This document shows positions 13,101-27,800 of a stretch of DNA of 64,000 nt, in pieces; position 1 is the stretch's first letter; each line of letters opens with the position of its first letter. The stretch lies in assembly GCF_009914755.1 (NCBI RefSeq), contig NC_060948.1; one strand, written 5' to 3'. Position numbers and translations under genes: made by a program. The stretch comes from the human T2T-CHM13v2.0 reference genome, Homo sapiens. The notes under the pieces are model-generated. The model saw only the letters and a program-made list of their open reading frames with translations, made no database searches and was not told the DNA's origin.

Positions 13101-16100
13101 TGCAATGGAATGCTATGGAATGGAATGGAATGCATTGGAATGGAATGTCCTCTAATGGAATGGATTCGAGTGGAATGGAATCGAATATAATGGAGTCGAA
13201 TGAAATGGAATTGAAAGGAATGGGATCGAATAGAATGGAATATACTGGAATGTAATGTAATGAACTCGAATGTAATTGACTGGAATGGAATGTACATGAA
13301 TGGAATGTAATCGAATGGAAAGTAATCCAATGGAATAGAATCTAATGCAATAAAATCGACTCAGATAGAGTAGAATGTAATGGAATGGAGTGCAGTGCAA
13401 TGGAATGGAATGGAATGCAATGGAATGGAATGGAATGGAATGGAATGGGATGGAATGGTATGGAATGGATAGTAATGGACTGGAGTGAAATGGACTGGAA
13501 AGGAATGGACTCAAATTGAAAGGGCTCGAAAGGAATGGAGTCAAATGGAATGGTCTGGAATGGAATGAACACGAATGTAAAGCAATCCAATAGAATGGAG
13601 TCGAATGGCATGGAATATAAAGAAATGGAATCGAAGAGAATGGAAACAAATGGAATGGAATTGAATGGAATGGAATTGAATGGAATGGGAACGAATTGAG
13701 TGAAATTGTATGCAGTAGAAGAGAATAGAATGGAATGCAAGCGAAAAGAAAGGAATGGATTGGAATGGAATGAAATTCATCGGAATGGAAGGGAATGTAG
13801 TGTAATGGACAGGCCTGGAATAAAGTGGAATGCTACGGTCTCGAATGGAATAAAAATGTATGGAATGGAATGCAATGAAATGGAATCGAATGTCATAGAA
13901 TGTAATGGAATGCAAAAAAATGGAATCCAAAATCATTGACTGGAAAGGCTGGGTGTCGAAAGGAATTGACTCCAATGGAATGGAATCGAATGGAATGGAA
14001 GTGAATAGAATCGAACTAAATCGAATGGAATGGAATTGATAGGAATGGAATGGAAAGGAATGCAATGATTTGGCATGGAATGGAATCGAATGGCATCGAA
14101 TGGAATGGAATGGAATGCAATGGAATAGAATGTATTAGAATGTAATGAACATTAATGGAATGTACTCGAATGGATTCGACTGGAATGGAATGTTCTGGAA
14201 GTGAATGGACTCCAATGGAATGGATTCGAAAGGAATGGAATCGTACGGAATGGAATCTAATGGAATGGAATTAAATGGAAATGAATCAAATTGAATAGCA
14301 CGGAATTGAATTGAATGGAATCGAATGCAATGGAATCTAATGAAACGGAAAGGAAAGGAATGGAATGGAATGGAATGGGCTGAAATGGAAAGGAATCCAA
14401 ACGAATGGAATGGAATCGAACTGAAGAGACTGGAATAGAATGCACTGGAATGGAAGGGAGTGTAATGGAAGGTTCTCGAAAAAAATGGAATCGAATGGAA
14501 TGGAATTGAATGGAACGGAATAGAGTCGAATGGAATTGAATGGAATGGAATGGACTAGAGTGAAATGGAATCGAACCACAAGGAATGGACAGGAATAGAA
14601 TGGTCTCGAATTGAATGGAATCGTATGGAATGGCATCAAACGGAATGGAATGGACAGCCACGGAATGGAATGCACTCGAATGCAATGGAGTCGAAACTAA
14701 TGGACTGGAATAGAATGGACTCGACTGGTACGGACTCCAATGGAATGGAATCGAATGGAAGGGAATCGAACGGAATGGACTCGAAGGGAAAAGACTGCAA
14801 TGGAAAGGTCTCGAATGGAATGGAAATTAATGGAATGGAATGGAATCGAATGAAATGGAGTCAAAAGGAATGGAATGGAATGGCAAGAAATCGAATGTAA
14901 TGGAATCGCAAGGAATTGATGTGAATGGAACGGAATGGAATGGAATCCAAAGGAATGGAATAGAATGGAATGGAATCGAATGGAAAGGACTCGAATGGAA
15001 ATCACTCGAATAGAATGCAATTTAATAAAATAGGATCAAATGTAATGGAATGGAAAGGAAAGGAATCGAAACGAAAGGAATGGAGACAGATGGAATGGAA
15101 TGGAACAGAGAGCAATGGTATAGAATGGAATGGAATCATCTGGAATGGAATTGAATGGAATGGAATAATATGAAATGGAATGGAATGGAATGGAATGCAA
15201 TTGAATTAAATGGACTGGAATGGAATGGACTCGAACAGAGTGGAATGGAAAGTGTTGAGATAGAATGGAATGGACTCCTTTGGAATGGTCTAGTATGCAA
15301 TGCAATCGACTGGCAGGGAATCAAAAGGAATGTAATGGAATGGATTGGACTGGAATGCAATGGACTCGAATAGATTGGAAACGGAATGCAAAGGAATGGA
15401 ATTGAATAGTATGGAATGGAATGGAAAGGAATGGAGTGGAATAGACTAGAGTGGAATGGAATGGACTCGAAAGCAATGGACTGGAATGGAACTTTCTTGA
15501 ATGGACTGGAATCAAACGGAATGGAATGCAATGCAATCAAATGGCATGGAATAAAATAGAATGAAAGAGAATCAAATGGAATTGTATCGAATGGAATCGA
15601 ATGGATTGGAAAGGAATAGAATGGAATGGAATGGAATTGACTCAAATGGAATGGACTAGAATGGAATGGATTCGAATGGAAGGCAAAGGAATGGAATCTA
15701 TTGGAATGGACTGTAATGGAATGGAATGGAAGGGATTGGAATGGACTCGAATGGAATGGACTGCAATAGAAAGGATTCGAATGGAATGAAAAAGAATTGA
15801 ATGGAATAGAACAGAATGGAATCAAATCGAATGAAATGGAATGGAATAGAAAGGAATGGAATGAAATGGAATGGAAAGGATTCTAATGGAATGCAATCGA
15901 ATGGAATGCAATCGAATGGAATGGAATCGAACAGAATGGAATAAAATGGAAGAAAACTGGCAAGAAATGGAATCGAAATGAATGGAGTGTTATGGAACGG
16001 ACTCAAAAGCAATTGAATGTAATAGAATGGAGTGGAGTGGACTCGAATATAATGGACTGGAATGGAATGAAATCACATGGAATGGGAACGAATGGAATGG

Positions 16101-19100
16101 AATGGAAAGGAATGGAATCGAATGGAAAGGAATCGAATGGAAGGGAATGAAATTGAATCAACAGGAATGGAAGGGAATAGAATAGACGGTAATGGAATGG
16201 ACTCGAATAGAATGGACACGAATGCTCAAATTGAATGGACTCCAATGGAATGGAAACGAAAGGAATGTCATCGAATGGAATTGAATCGATTGGAATGAAA
16301 TCGCATAGAATGGAGTGGAATCAAATGGAATTGAATCGAAAGGAAAGGAAGCGAATGGACTGAAATGAAATGGAATGGAATTGAATGGAAAGTAATGCAA
16401 TGGAATAGAATGGAACGAAATTTCACGGAATGGAATCAAACTGAATGGAATCAAATCAAAGGAATATAATCAAATGGAATGGAAAGGAATTGAATGGAGT
16501 AGATTGGATTGGATGGGATTGGAATGAAATGTACTGGAAAGGACTCGAATTTCATGAAACGGAATGGAATGAATTGGAACGGAATGGACTCGAATGGAAT
16601 GGAATGTCATGGGATGGCATCAAATGGAATGGCATCAAATGTAATGGAATCGAATGCATTGGAATGCTATGGAATGGAATGGAATGCATTGGAATGGAAT
16701 GTCCTCTAATGGAATGGATTCGAGTGGAATGGAATCGAATATAATGGAGTCGAATGAAATGGAATTGAAAGGAATGGGATCGAATACAATGGAATATACT
16801 GGAATGTAATGTAATGAACTCGAATGTAATTGACTGGAATGGAATGTACATGAATGGAATGTAATCGAATGGACAGTAATCCAATGGAATAGAATCTAAT
16901 GCAATAAAATCGACTCAGATAGAGTAGAATGTAATGGAATGGAGTGCAGTGCTATGGAATGGAATGGAATGCAATGCAATGGAATGGAATGGAATGGAAT
17001 GGAATGGGATGGAATGGTATGGAATGGATAGTAATGGACTGGAGTGAAATGGACTGGAAAGGAATGGACTCAAATTGAAAGGGCTCGAAAGGAATGGAGT
17101 CAAATGGAATGGTCTGGAATGGAATGAACACGAATGTAATGCAATCCAATAGAATGGAATCGAATGGCATGGAATATAAAGAAATGGAATCGAAGAGAAT
17201 GGAAACAAATGGAATGGAATTGAATGGAATGGAATTGAATGGAATGGGAACGAATGGAGTGAAATTGTATGCAGTAGAAGGGAATAGAATGGAATGCAAG
17301 CGAAAGGAAAGGAATGGATTGGAATGAAATGGAATTCATTGGAATGGAAGGGAATGTAGTGTAATGGACAGGCCTGGAATAAAGTGGAATGCTACGGTCT
17401 CGAATGGAATAAAAATGTATGCAATGGAATGCAATGAAACGGAATCGAATGTCATAGAATGTAATGGAATGCAAAAAATGGAATCCAAAATCATTGACTG
17501 GAAAGGCTGGGTGTCGAAAGGAATTGACTCCAATGGAATGGAATCGAATGGAATGGAAGTGAATAGAATCGAACTAAATCGAATGGAATGGAATTGATAG
17601 GAACGGAATGGAAAGGAATGCAATGATTGGCATGGAATGGAATCGAATGGCATCGAATGGAATGGAATGGAATGCAATGGAATGGAATGTATTAGAATGT
17701 AATGAACTTTAATGGAATGTACTCGAATGGATTCGACTGGAATGGAATGTTCTGGAAGTGAATGGACTCCAATGGAATGGATTCAAAAGGAATGGAATCG
17801 TACGGAATGGAATCTAATGGAATGGAATTAAATGGAAATGAATCAAATTGAATAGCACGGAATTGAATTGAATGAAATCGAATGCAATGGAATCTAATGA
17901 AACGGAAAGGAAAGGAATGGAATGGAATGGAATGGGCTGGACTGGAAAGGAATCGAAACGAATGGAATGGAATCGAACTGAAGAGACTGGAATGGAATGC
18001 ACTGGAATGGAAGGGAGTGTAATGGAAGGTTCTCGAAAAAAATGGAATCGAATGGAATGGAATTGAATGGAACGGAATAGAGTCGAATGGAATTGAATGG
18101 AATGGAATGGACTAGAGTGAAATGGAATCGAACCACAAGGAATGGACAGGAATAGAATGGTCTCGAATTGAATGGAATCGTATGGAATGGCATCAAACGG
18201 AATGGAATGGACAGCCACGGAATGGAATGCACTCGAATGCAATGGAGTCGAAACTAATGGACTGGAATAGAATGGACTCGACTGGTACGGACTCCAATGG
18301 AATGGAATCGAATGGAAGGGAATCGAATGGAATGGACTCGAAGGGAAAAGACTGCAATGGAAAGGTCTCGAATGGAATGGAAATTAATGGAATGGAATGG
18401 AATCGAATGAAATGGAGTCAAAAGGAATGGAATGGAATGGCAAGAAATCGAATGTAATGGAATCGCAAGGAATTGATGTGAATGGAACGGAATGGAATGG
18501 AATCCAAAGGAATGGAATAGAATGGAATGGAATCGAATGGAAAGGACTCGAATGGAAATCACTCGAATAGAATGCAATTTAATAAAATAGGATCAAATGT
18601 AATGGAATGGAAAGGAAAGGAATCGAAACGAAAGGAATGGAGACAGATGGAATGGAATGGAACAGAGAGCAATGGTATAGAATGGAATGGAATCATCTGG
18701 AATGGAATTGAATGGAATGGAATAATATGAAATGGAATGGAATGGAATGGAATGCAATTGAATTAAATGGACTGGAATGGAATGGACTCGAACAGAGTGG
18801 AATGGAAAGTGTTGAGATAGAATGGAATGGACTCCTTTGGAATGGTCTAGTATGCAATGCAATCGACTGGCAGGGAATCAAAAGGAATGTAATGGAATGG
18901 ATTGGACTGGAATGCAATGGACTCGAATAGATTGGAAACGGAATGCAAAGGAATGGAATTGAATAGTATGGAATGGAATGGAAAGGAATGGAGTGGAATA
19001 GACTAGAGTGGAATGGAATGGACTCGAAAGCAATGGACTGGAATGGAACTTTCTTGAATGGACTGGAATCAAACGGAATGGAATGCAATGCAATCAAATG

Positions 19101-21829
19101 GCATGGAATAAAATAGAATGAAAGAGAATCAAATGGAATTGTATCGAATGGAATCGAATGGATTGGAAAGGAATAGAATGGAATGGAATGGAATTGACTC
19201 AAATGGAATGGACTAGAATGGAATGGATTCGAATGGAAGGCAAAGGAATGGAATCTATTGGAATGGACTGTAATGGAATGGAATGGAAGGGATTGGAATG
19301 GACTCGAATGGAATGGACTGCAATAGAAAGGATTCGAATGGAATGAAAAAGAATTGAATGGAATAGAACAGAATGGAATCAAATCGAATGAAATGGAATG
19401 GAATAGAAAGGAATGGAATGAAATGGAATGGAAAGGATTCGAATGGAATGCAATCGAATGGAATGCAATCGAATGGAATGGAATCGAACAGAATGGAATA
19501 AAATGGAAGAAAACTGGCAAGAAATGGAATCGAAATGAATGGAGTGTTATGGAACGGACTCAAAAGCAATTGAATGTAATAGAATGGAGTGGAGTGGACT
19601 CGAATATAATGGACTGGAATGGAATGAAATCACATGGAATGGGAACGAATGGAATGGAATGGAAAGGAATGGAATCGAATGGAAAGGAATCGAATGGAAG
19701 GGAATGAAATTGAATCAACAGGAATGGAAGGGAATAGAATAGACGGTAATGGAATGGACTCGAATAGAATGGACACGAATGCTCAAATTGAATGGACTCG
19801 AATGGAATGGAAACGAAAGGAATGTCATCGAATGGAATTGAATCGATTGGAATGAAATCGCATAGAATGGAGTGGAATCAAATGGAATTGAATCGAAAGG
19901 AAAGGAAGCGAATGGACTGAAATGAAATGGAATGGAATTGAATGGAAAGTAATGCAATGGAATAGAATGGAACGAAATTTCACGGAATGGAATCAAACTG
20001 AATGGAATCAAATCAATGGAATCAAATCAAATGGAATGGAAAGGAATTGAATGGAGTAGATTGGATTGGATGGGATTGGAATGAAATGTACTGGAAAGGA
20101 CTCGAATTTCATGAAACGGAATGGAATGAATTGGAACGGAATGGACTCGAATGGAATGGAATGTCATGGAATGGCATCAAATGGAATGGCATCAAATGGA
20201 ATGGAATCGAATGCAATGGAGTGCTATGGAATGGAATGGAATGGAATGCATTGGAATGGAATGTCCTCTAATGGAATGGATTCGAGTGGAATGGAATCGA
20301 ATATAATGGAGTCGAATGAAATGGAATTGAAAGGAATGGGATCGAATACAATGGAATATACTGGAATGTAATGTAATGAACTCGAATGTAATTGACTGGA
20401 ATGGAATGTACATGAATGGAATGTAATCGAATGGAAAGTAATCCAATGGAATAGAATCTAATGCAATAAAATCGACTCAGATAGAGTAGAATGTAATGGA
20501 ATGGAGTGCAGTGCAATGGAATGGAATGGAATGGAATGCAATGGAATGGAATGGAATGGAATGGAATGGAATAGAATGGGATGGTATGGAATGGATAGTA
20601 ATGGACTGGAGTGAAATGGACTGGAAAGGAATGGACTCAAATTGAAAGGGCTCGAAAGGAATGGAGTCAAATGGAATGGTCTGGAATGGAATGAACACGA
20701 ATGTAATGCAATCCAATAGAATGGAATCGAATGGCATGGAATATAAAGAACTGGAATCGAAGAGAATGGAAACAAATGGAATGGAATTGAATGGAATGGA
20801 ATTGAATTGAATGGGAACGAATGGAGTGAAATTGTATGCAGTAGAAGAGAATAGAATGGAATGCAAGAGAAAGGAAAGGAATGGATTGGAATGGAATGGA
20901 ATTCATTGGAATGGAAGGGAATGTAGTGTAATGGACAGGCCTGGAATAAAGTGGAATGCTATGGTCTCGAAAGGAATAAAAATGTATGGAATGGAATGCA
21001 ATGAAACGGAATCGAATGTCATAGAATGTAATGGAATGCAAAAAAATGGAATCCAAAATCATTGACCGGAAAGGCTGGGTGTCGAAAGGAATTGATTCCA
21101 ATGGAATGGAATCGAATGGAATGGAAGTGAATAGAATCGAACTAAATCGAATGAAATGGAATTGATAGGAACGGAATGGAAAGGAATGCAATGATTTGGC
21201 ATGGAATGGAATCGAATGGCATCGAATGGATTGGAATGAAATGCAATGGAATGGAATGTATTAGAATGTAATGAACTTTAATGGAATGTACTCCAATGGA
21301 TTCGACTGGAATGGAATGTTCTGGAAGTGAATGGACTCCAATGTAATGGATTCGAAAGGAATGGAATCGTACGGAATGGAATCTAATGGAATGGAATTAA
21401 ATGGAAATGAATCAAATTGAATAGCACGGAATTGAATTGAATGGAATCGAATGCAATGGAATCTAATGAAACGGAAAGGAAAGGAATGGAATGGAATGGA
21501 ATGGGCTGGAATGGAATGGAATCGAAACGAATGGAATGGAATCGAACTGAAGAGACTGGAATGGAATGCACTGGAATGGAAGGGAGTGTAATGGAAGGTT
21601 CTCGACAAAAATGGAATCGAATGGAATGGAATTGAATGGAACGGAATAGAGTCGAATGGAATTGAATGGAATGGAATGGACTAGAGTGAAATGGAATCGA
21701 ACCACAAGGAATGGACAGGAATAGAATGGTCTCGAATTGAATGGAATCGTATGGAATGGCATCAAACGGAATGGAATGGACAGCCACGGAATGGAATGCA
21801 CTCGAATGCAATGGAGTCGAAACTAGTGG

Positions 21830-24800
21830 ACTGGAATAGAATGGACTTGACTGGTACGGACTCCAATGGAATGGAATCGAATGGAAGGGAATCGAACGGA
21901 ATGGACTCGAAGGGAAAAGACTGCAATGGAAAGGTCTCGACTGGAATGGAAATTAATGGAATGGAATGGAATCGAATGAAATGGAGTCAAAAGGAATGGA
22001 ATCGAATGGCAAGAAATCGAATGTAATGGAATCGCAAGGAATTGATGTGAACGGAACAGAATGGAATGGATTCCAAAGGAATGGAATAGAATGGAATGGA
22101 ATCGAATGGAAAGGACTCGAATGGAAATCACTCGAATAGAATGCAATTTAATAAAATAGGATCAAATGTAATGGAATGGATTGGAAAGGAATCGAAACGA
22201 AAGGAATGGAGACAGATGGAATGGAATGGAACAGAGAGCAATGGTACAGAATGGAATGGAATCATCTGGAATGGAATTGAATGGAATAGAATAATATGAA
22301 ATGGAATGGAATGGAATGGAATGCCCTTGAATTAAATGGACTGGAATGGAATGGACTCGAACAGAGTGGAATGGAAAGCGATGAGATAGAATGGAATGGA
22401 CTCCTTTGGAATGGTCTAGTATGCAATGCAATCGACTGGCAGGGAATCAAAAGGAATGTAATCGAATGGATTGGACTGGAATGCAATGGACTCGAATAGA
22501 TTGGAAACGGAAAGCAAAGGAATGGAATGGAATAGTATGGAATGGAATGGAAAGGAATGGAGTGGAATAGACTAGAGTGGAATGGAATGGACTCGAAAGC
22601 AATGGACTGGATTGGAACTTTCTTGAATGGACTGGAATCAAAGGGAATGGAATGCAATGCAATCAAATGGCATGGAATAAAATAGAATGAAAGAGAATCA
22701 AATGGAATTGAATCGAATGGAATCGAATGGATTGGAAAGGAATAGAATGGAATGGAATGGAATTGACTCAAATGGAATGGACTAGAATGGAATGGATTCG
22801 AATGGAAGGCAAAGGAATGGAATCTATTGGAATGGACTGTAATGGAATGGAATGGAAGGGATTGGAATGGACTCGAATGGAATGGACTGCAATAGAAAGG
22901 ATTCGAATGGAATGAAAAAGAATTGAATGGAATAGAACAGAATGGAATCAAATCGAATGAAATGGAATGGAATAGAAAGGAATGGAATGAAATGGAATGG
23001 AAAGGATTCGAATGGAATGCAATCGAATGGAATGGAATCGAACGGAATGGAATAAAATGGAAGAAAACTGGCAAGAAATGGAATCGAAATGAATGGAGTG
23101 TTATGGAACGGACTCAAAAGGAATTGAATATAATAGAAAGGAGTGGAGTGGACTCGAATATAATGGACTGGAATGGAATGAAATCACATGGAATGGGAAC
23201 GAATGGAATGGAATGGAAAGGAATGGAATCGAATGGAAAGGAATCGAATGGAAGGGAATGAAATTGAATCAACAGGAATGGAAGGGAATAGAATAGAAGG
23301 TAATGGAATGGACTCGAAAAGAATGGACACGAATGCTCAAATTGAATGGACTCGAATGGAATGGAAACGAAAGGAATGTCATCGAATGGAATTGAATCGA
23401 TTGCAATGAAATCGCATAGAATGGAGTGGAATCAAATGGAATTGAATCGAAAGGAAACGAAGCGAATGGACTGAAATGAAATGGAATGGAATTGAATGGA
23501 AAGTAATGCAATGGAATAGAATGGAACGAAATTTCACGGAATGGAATCAAACTGAATGGAATCAAATCAATGGAATATAATCAAATGGAATGGAAAGGAA
23601 TTGAATGGAGTAGATTGGATTGGATGGAATTGGAATGAAATGTACTGGAAAGGACTCGAATTTCATGAAACGGAATGGAATGAATTGGAACGGAATGGAC
23701 TCGAATGGAATGGAATGTCATGGAATGGCATCAACTGGAATGGCATCAAATGGAATGGAATCGAATGCAATGGAATGTTATGGAATGGAATGGAATGCAT
23801 TGGAATGGAATGTCCTCTAATGGAATGGATTCGAGTGGAATGGAATCGAATATAATGGAGACGAATGAAATGGAATTGAAAGGAATGGGATCGAATACAA
23901 TGGAATATACTGGAATGTAATGTAATGAACTCGAATGTAATTGACTGGAATGGAATGTACATGAATGGAATGTAATCGAATGGAAAGTAATCCAATGGAA
24001 TAGAATCTAATGCAATAAAATCGACTCAGATAGAGTAGAATGTAATGGAATGGAGTGCAGTGCAATGGAATGGAATGGAATGGAATGCAATGCAATGGAA
24101 TGGAATGGAATGGAATGCAATGGGATGGAATGGTATGGAATGGATAGTAATGGACTGGAGTGAAATGCACTGGAAAGGAATGGACTCAAATTGAAAGGGC
24201 TCGAAAGGAATGGAGTCAAATGGAATGGTCTGGAATGGAATGAACACGAATGTAATGCAATCCAATAGAATGGAATCGAATGGCATGGAATATAAAGAAC
24301 TGGAATCGAAGAGAATGGAAACAAATGGAATGGAATTGAATGGAATGGAATTGAATTGAATGGGAACGAATGGAGTGAAATTGTATGCAGTAGAAGAGAA
24401 TAGAATGGAATGCAAGAGAAAGGAAAGGAATGGATTGGAATGGAATGGAATTCATTGGAATGGAAGGGAATGTAGTCTAATGGACAGGCCTGGAATAAAG
24501 TGGAATGCTACGGTCTCGAATGGAATAAAAATGTATGGAATGGAATGCAATGAAACGGAATCGAATGTCATAGAATGTAATGGAATGCAAAAAAATGGAA
24601 TCCAAAATCATTGACAGGAAAGGCTGGGTGTCGAAAGGAATTGACTCCAATGGAATGGAATCGAATGGAATGGAAGTGAATAGAATCGAACTAAATCGAA
24701 TGGAATGGAATTGATAGGAACGGAATGGAAAGGAATGCAATGATTTGGCATGGAATGGAATCGAATGGCATCGAATGGATTGGAATGGAATGCAATGGAA

Positions 24801-27800
24801 TGGAATGTATTAGAATGTAATCAACTTTAATGGAATGTACTCGAATGGATTCGACTGGAATGGAATGTTCTGGAAGTGAATGGACTCCAATGGAATGGAT
24901 TCGAAAGGAATGGAATCGTACGGAATGGAATCTAATGGAATGGAATTAAATGGAAATGAATCAAATTGAATAGCACGGAATTGAATTGAATGGAATCGAA
25001 TGCAATGGAATCTAATGAAACGGAAAGGAAAGGAATGGAATGGAATGGAATGGGCTGGAATGGAAAGGAATCGAAACGAATGGAATGGAATCGAACTGAA
25101 GAGACTGGAATGGAATGCACTGGAATGGAAGGGAGTGTAATGGAAGGTTCTCGACAAAAATGGAATCGAATGGAATGGAATTGAATGGAACGGAATAGAG
25201 TCGAATGGAATTGAATGGAATGGAATGGACTAGAGTGAAATGGAATCGAACCACAAGGAATGGACAGGAATAGAATGGTCTCGAATTGAATGGAATCGTA
25301 TGGAATGGCATCAAACGGATTGGAATGGACAGCCACGGAATGGAATGCACTCGAATGCAATGGAGTCGAATCTAGTGGACTGGAATAGAATGGACTTGAC
25401 TGGTACGGACTCCAATGGAATGGAATCGAATGGAAGGGAATCGAACGGAATGGACTCGAAGGGAAAAGACTGCAATGGAAAGGTCTCGACTGGAATGGAA
25501 ATTAATGGAATGGAATGGAATCGAATGAAATGGAGTCAAAAGGAATGGAATCGAATGGCAAGAAATCGAATGTAATGGAATCGCAAGGAATTGATGTGAA
25601 CGGAACAGAATGGAATGGATTCCAAAGGAATGGAATAGAATGGAATGGAATCGAATGGAAAGGACTCGAATGGAAATCACTCGAATAGAATGCAATTTAA
25701 TAAAATAGGATCAAATGTAATGGAATGGATTGGAAAGGAATCGAAACGAAAGGAATGGAGACAGATGGAATGGAATGGAACAGAGAGCAATGGTACAGAA
25801 TGGAATGGAATCATCTGGAATGGAATTGAATGGAATAGAATAATATGAAATGGAATGGAATGGAATGGAATGCCCTTGAATTAAATGGACTGGAATGGAA
25901 TGGACTCGAACAGAGTGGAATGGAAAGCGATGAGATAGAATGGAATGGACTCCTTTGGAATGGTCTAGTATGCAATGCAATCGACTGGCAGGGAATCAAA
26001 AGGAATGTAATCGAATGGATTGGACTGGAATGCAATGGACTCGAATAGATTGGAAACGGAAAGCAAAGGAATGGAATGGAATAGTATGGAATGGAATGGA
26101 AAGGAATGGAGTGGAATAGACTAGAGTGGAATGGAATGGACTCGAAAGCAATGGACTGGATTGGAACTTTCTTGAATGGACTGGAATCAAAGGGAATGGA
26201 ATGCAATGCAATCAAATGGCATGGAATAAAATAGAATGAAAGAGAATCAAATGGAATTGAATCGAATGGAATCGAATGGATTGGAAAGGAATAGAATGGA
26301 ATGGAATGGAATTGACTCAAATGGAATGGACTAGAATGGAATGGATTCGAATGGAAGGCAAAGGAATGGAATCTATTGGAATGGACTGTAATGGAATGGA
26401 ATGGAAGGGATTGGAATGGACTCGAATGGAATGGACTGCAATAGAAAGGATTCGAATGGAATGAAAAAGAATTGAATGGAATAGAACAGAATGGAATCAA
26501 ATCGAATGAAATGGAATGGAATAGAAAGGAATGGAATGAAATGGAATGGAAAGGATTCGAATGGAATGCAATCGAATGGAATGGAATCGAACGGAATGGA
26601 ATAAAATGGAAGAAAACTGGCAAGAAATGGAATCGAAATGAATGGAGTGTTATGGAACGGACTCAAAAGGAATTGAATATAATAGAAAGGAGTGGAGTGG
26701 ACTCGAATATAATGGACTGGAATGGAATGAAATCACATGGAATGGGAACGAATGGAATGGAATGGAAAGGAATGGAATCGAATGGAAAGGAATCGAATGG
26801 AAGGGAATGAAATTGAATCAACAGGAATGGAAGGGAATAGAATAGAAGGTAATGGAATGGACTCGAAAAGAATGGACACGAATGCTCAAATTGAATGGAC
26901 TCGAATGGAATGGAAACGAAAGGAATGTCATCGAATGGAATTGAATCGATTGCAATGAAATCGCATAGAATGGAGTGGAATCAAATGGAATTGAATCGAA
27001 AGGAAACGAAGTGAATGGACTGAAATGAAATGGAATGGAATTGAATGGAAAGTAATGCAATGGAATAGAATGGAACGAAATTTCACGGAATGGAATCAAA
27101 CTGAATGGAATCAAATCAATGGAATATAATCAAATGGAATGGAAAGGAATTGAATGGAGTAGATTGGATTGGATGGAATTGGAATGAAATGTACTGGAAA
27201 GGACTCGAATTTCATGAAACGGAATGGAATGAATTGGAACGGAATGGACTCGAATGGAATGGAATGTCATGGAATGGCATCAACTGGAATGGCATCAAAT
27301 GGAATGGAATCGAATGCAATGGAATGTTATGGAATGGAATGGAATGCATTGGAATGGAATGTCCTCTAATGGAATGGATTCGAGTGGAATGGAATCGAAT
27401 ATAATGGAGACGAATGAAATGGAATTGAAAGGAATGGGATCGAATACAATGGAATATACTGGAATGTAATGTAATGAACTCGAATGTAATTGACTGGAAT
27501 GGAATGTACATGAATGGAATGTAATCGAATGGAAAGTAATCCAATGGAATAGAATCTAATGCAATAAAATCGACTCAGATAGAGTAGAATGTAATGGAAT
27601 GGAGTGCAGTGCAATGGAATGGAATGGAATGGAATGCAATGCAATGGAATGGAATGGAATGGAATGCAATGGGATGGAATGGTATGGAATGGATAGTAAT
27701 GGACTGGAGTGAAATGCACTGGAAAGGAATGGACTCAAATTGAAAGGGCTCGAAAGGAATGGAGTCAAATGGAATGGTCTGGAATGGAATGAACACGAAT

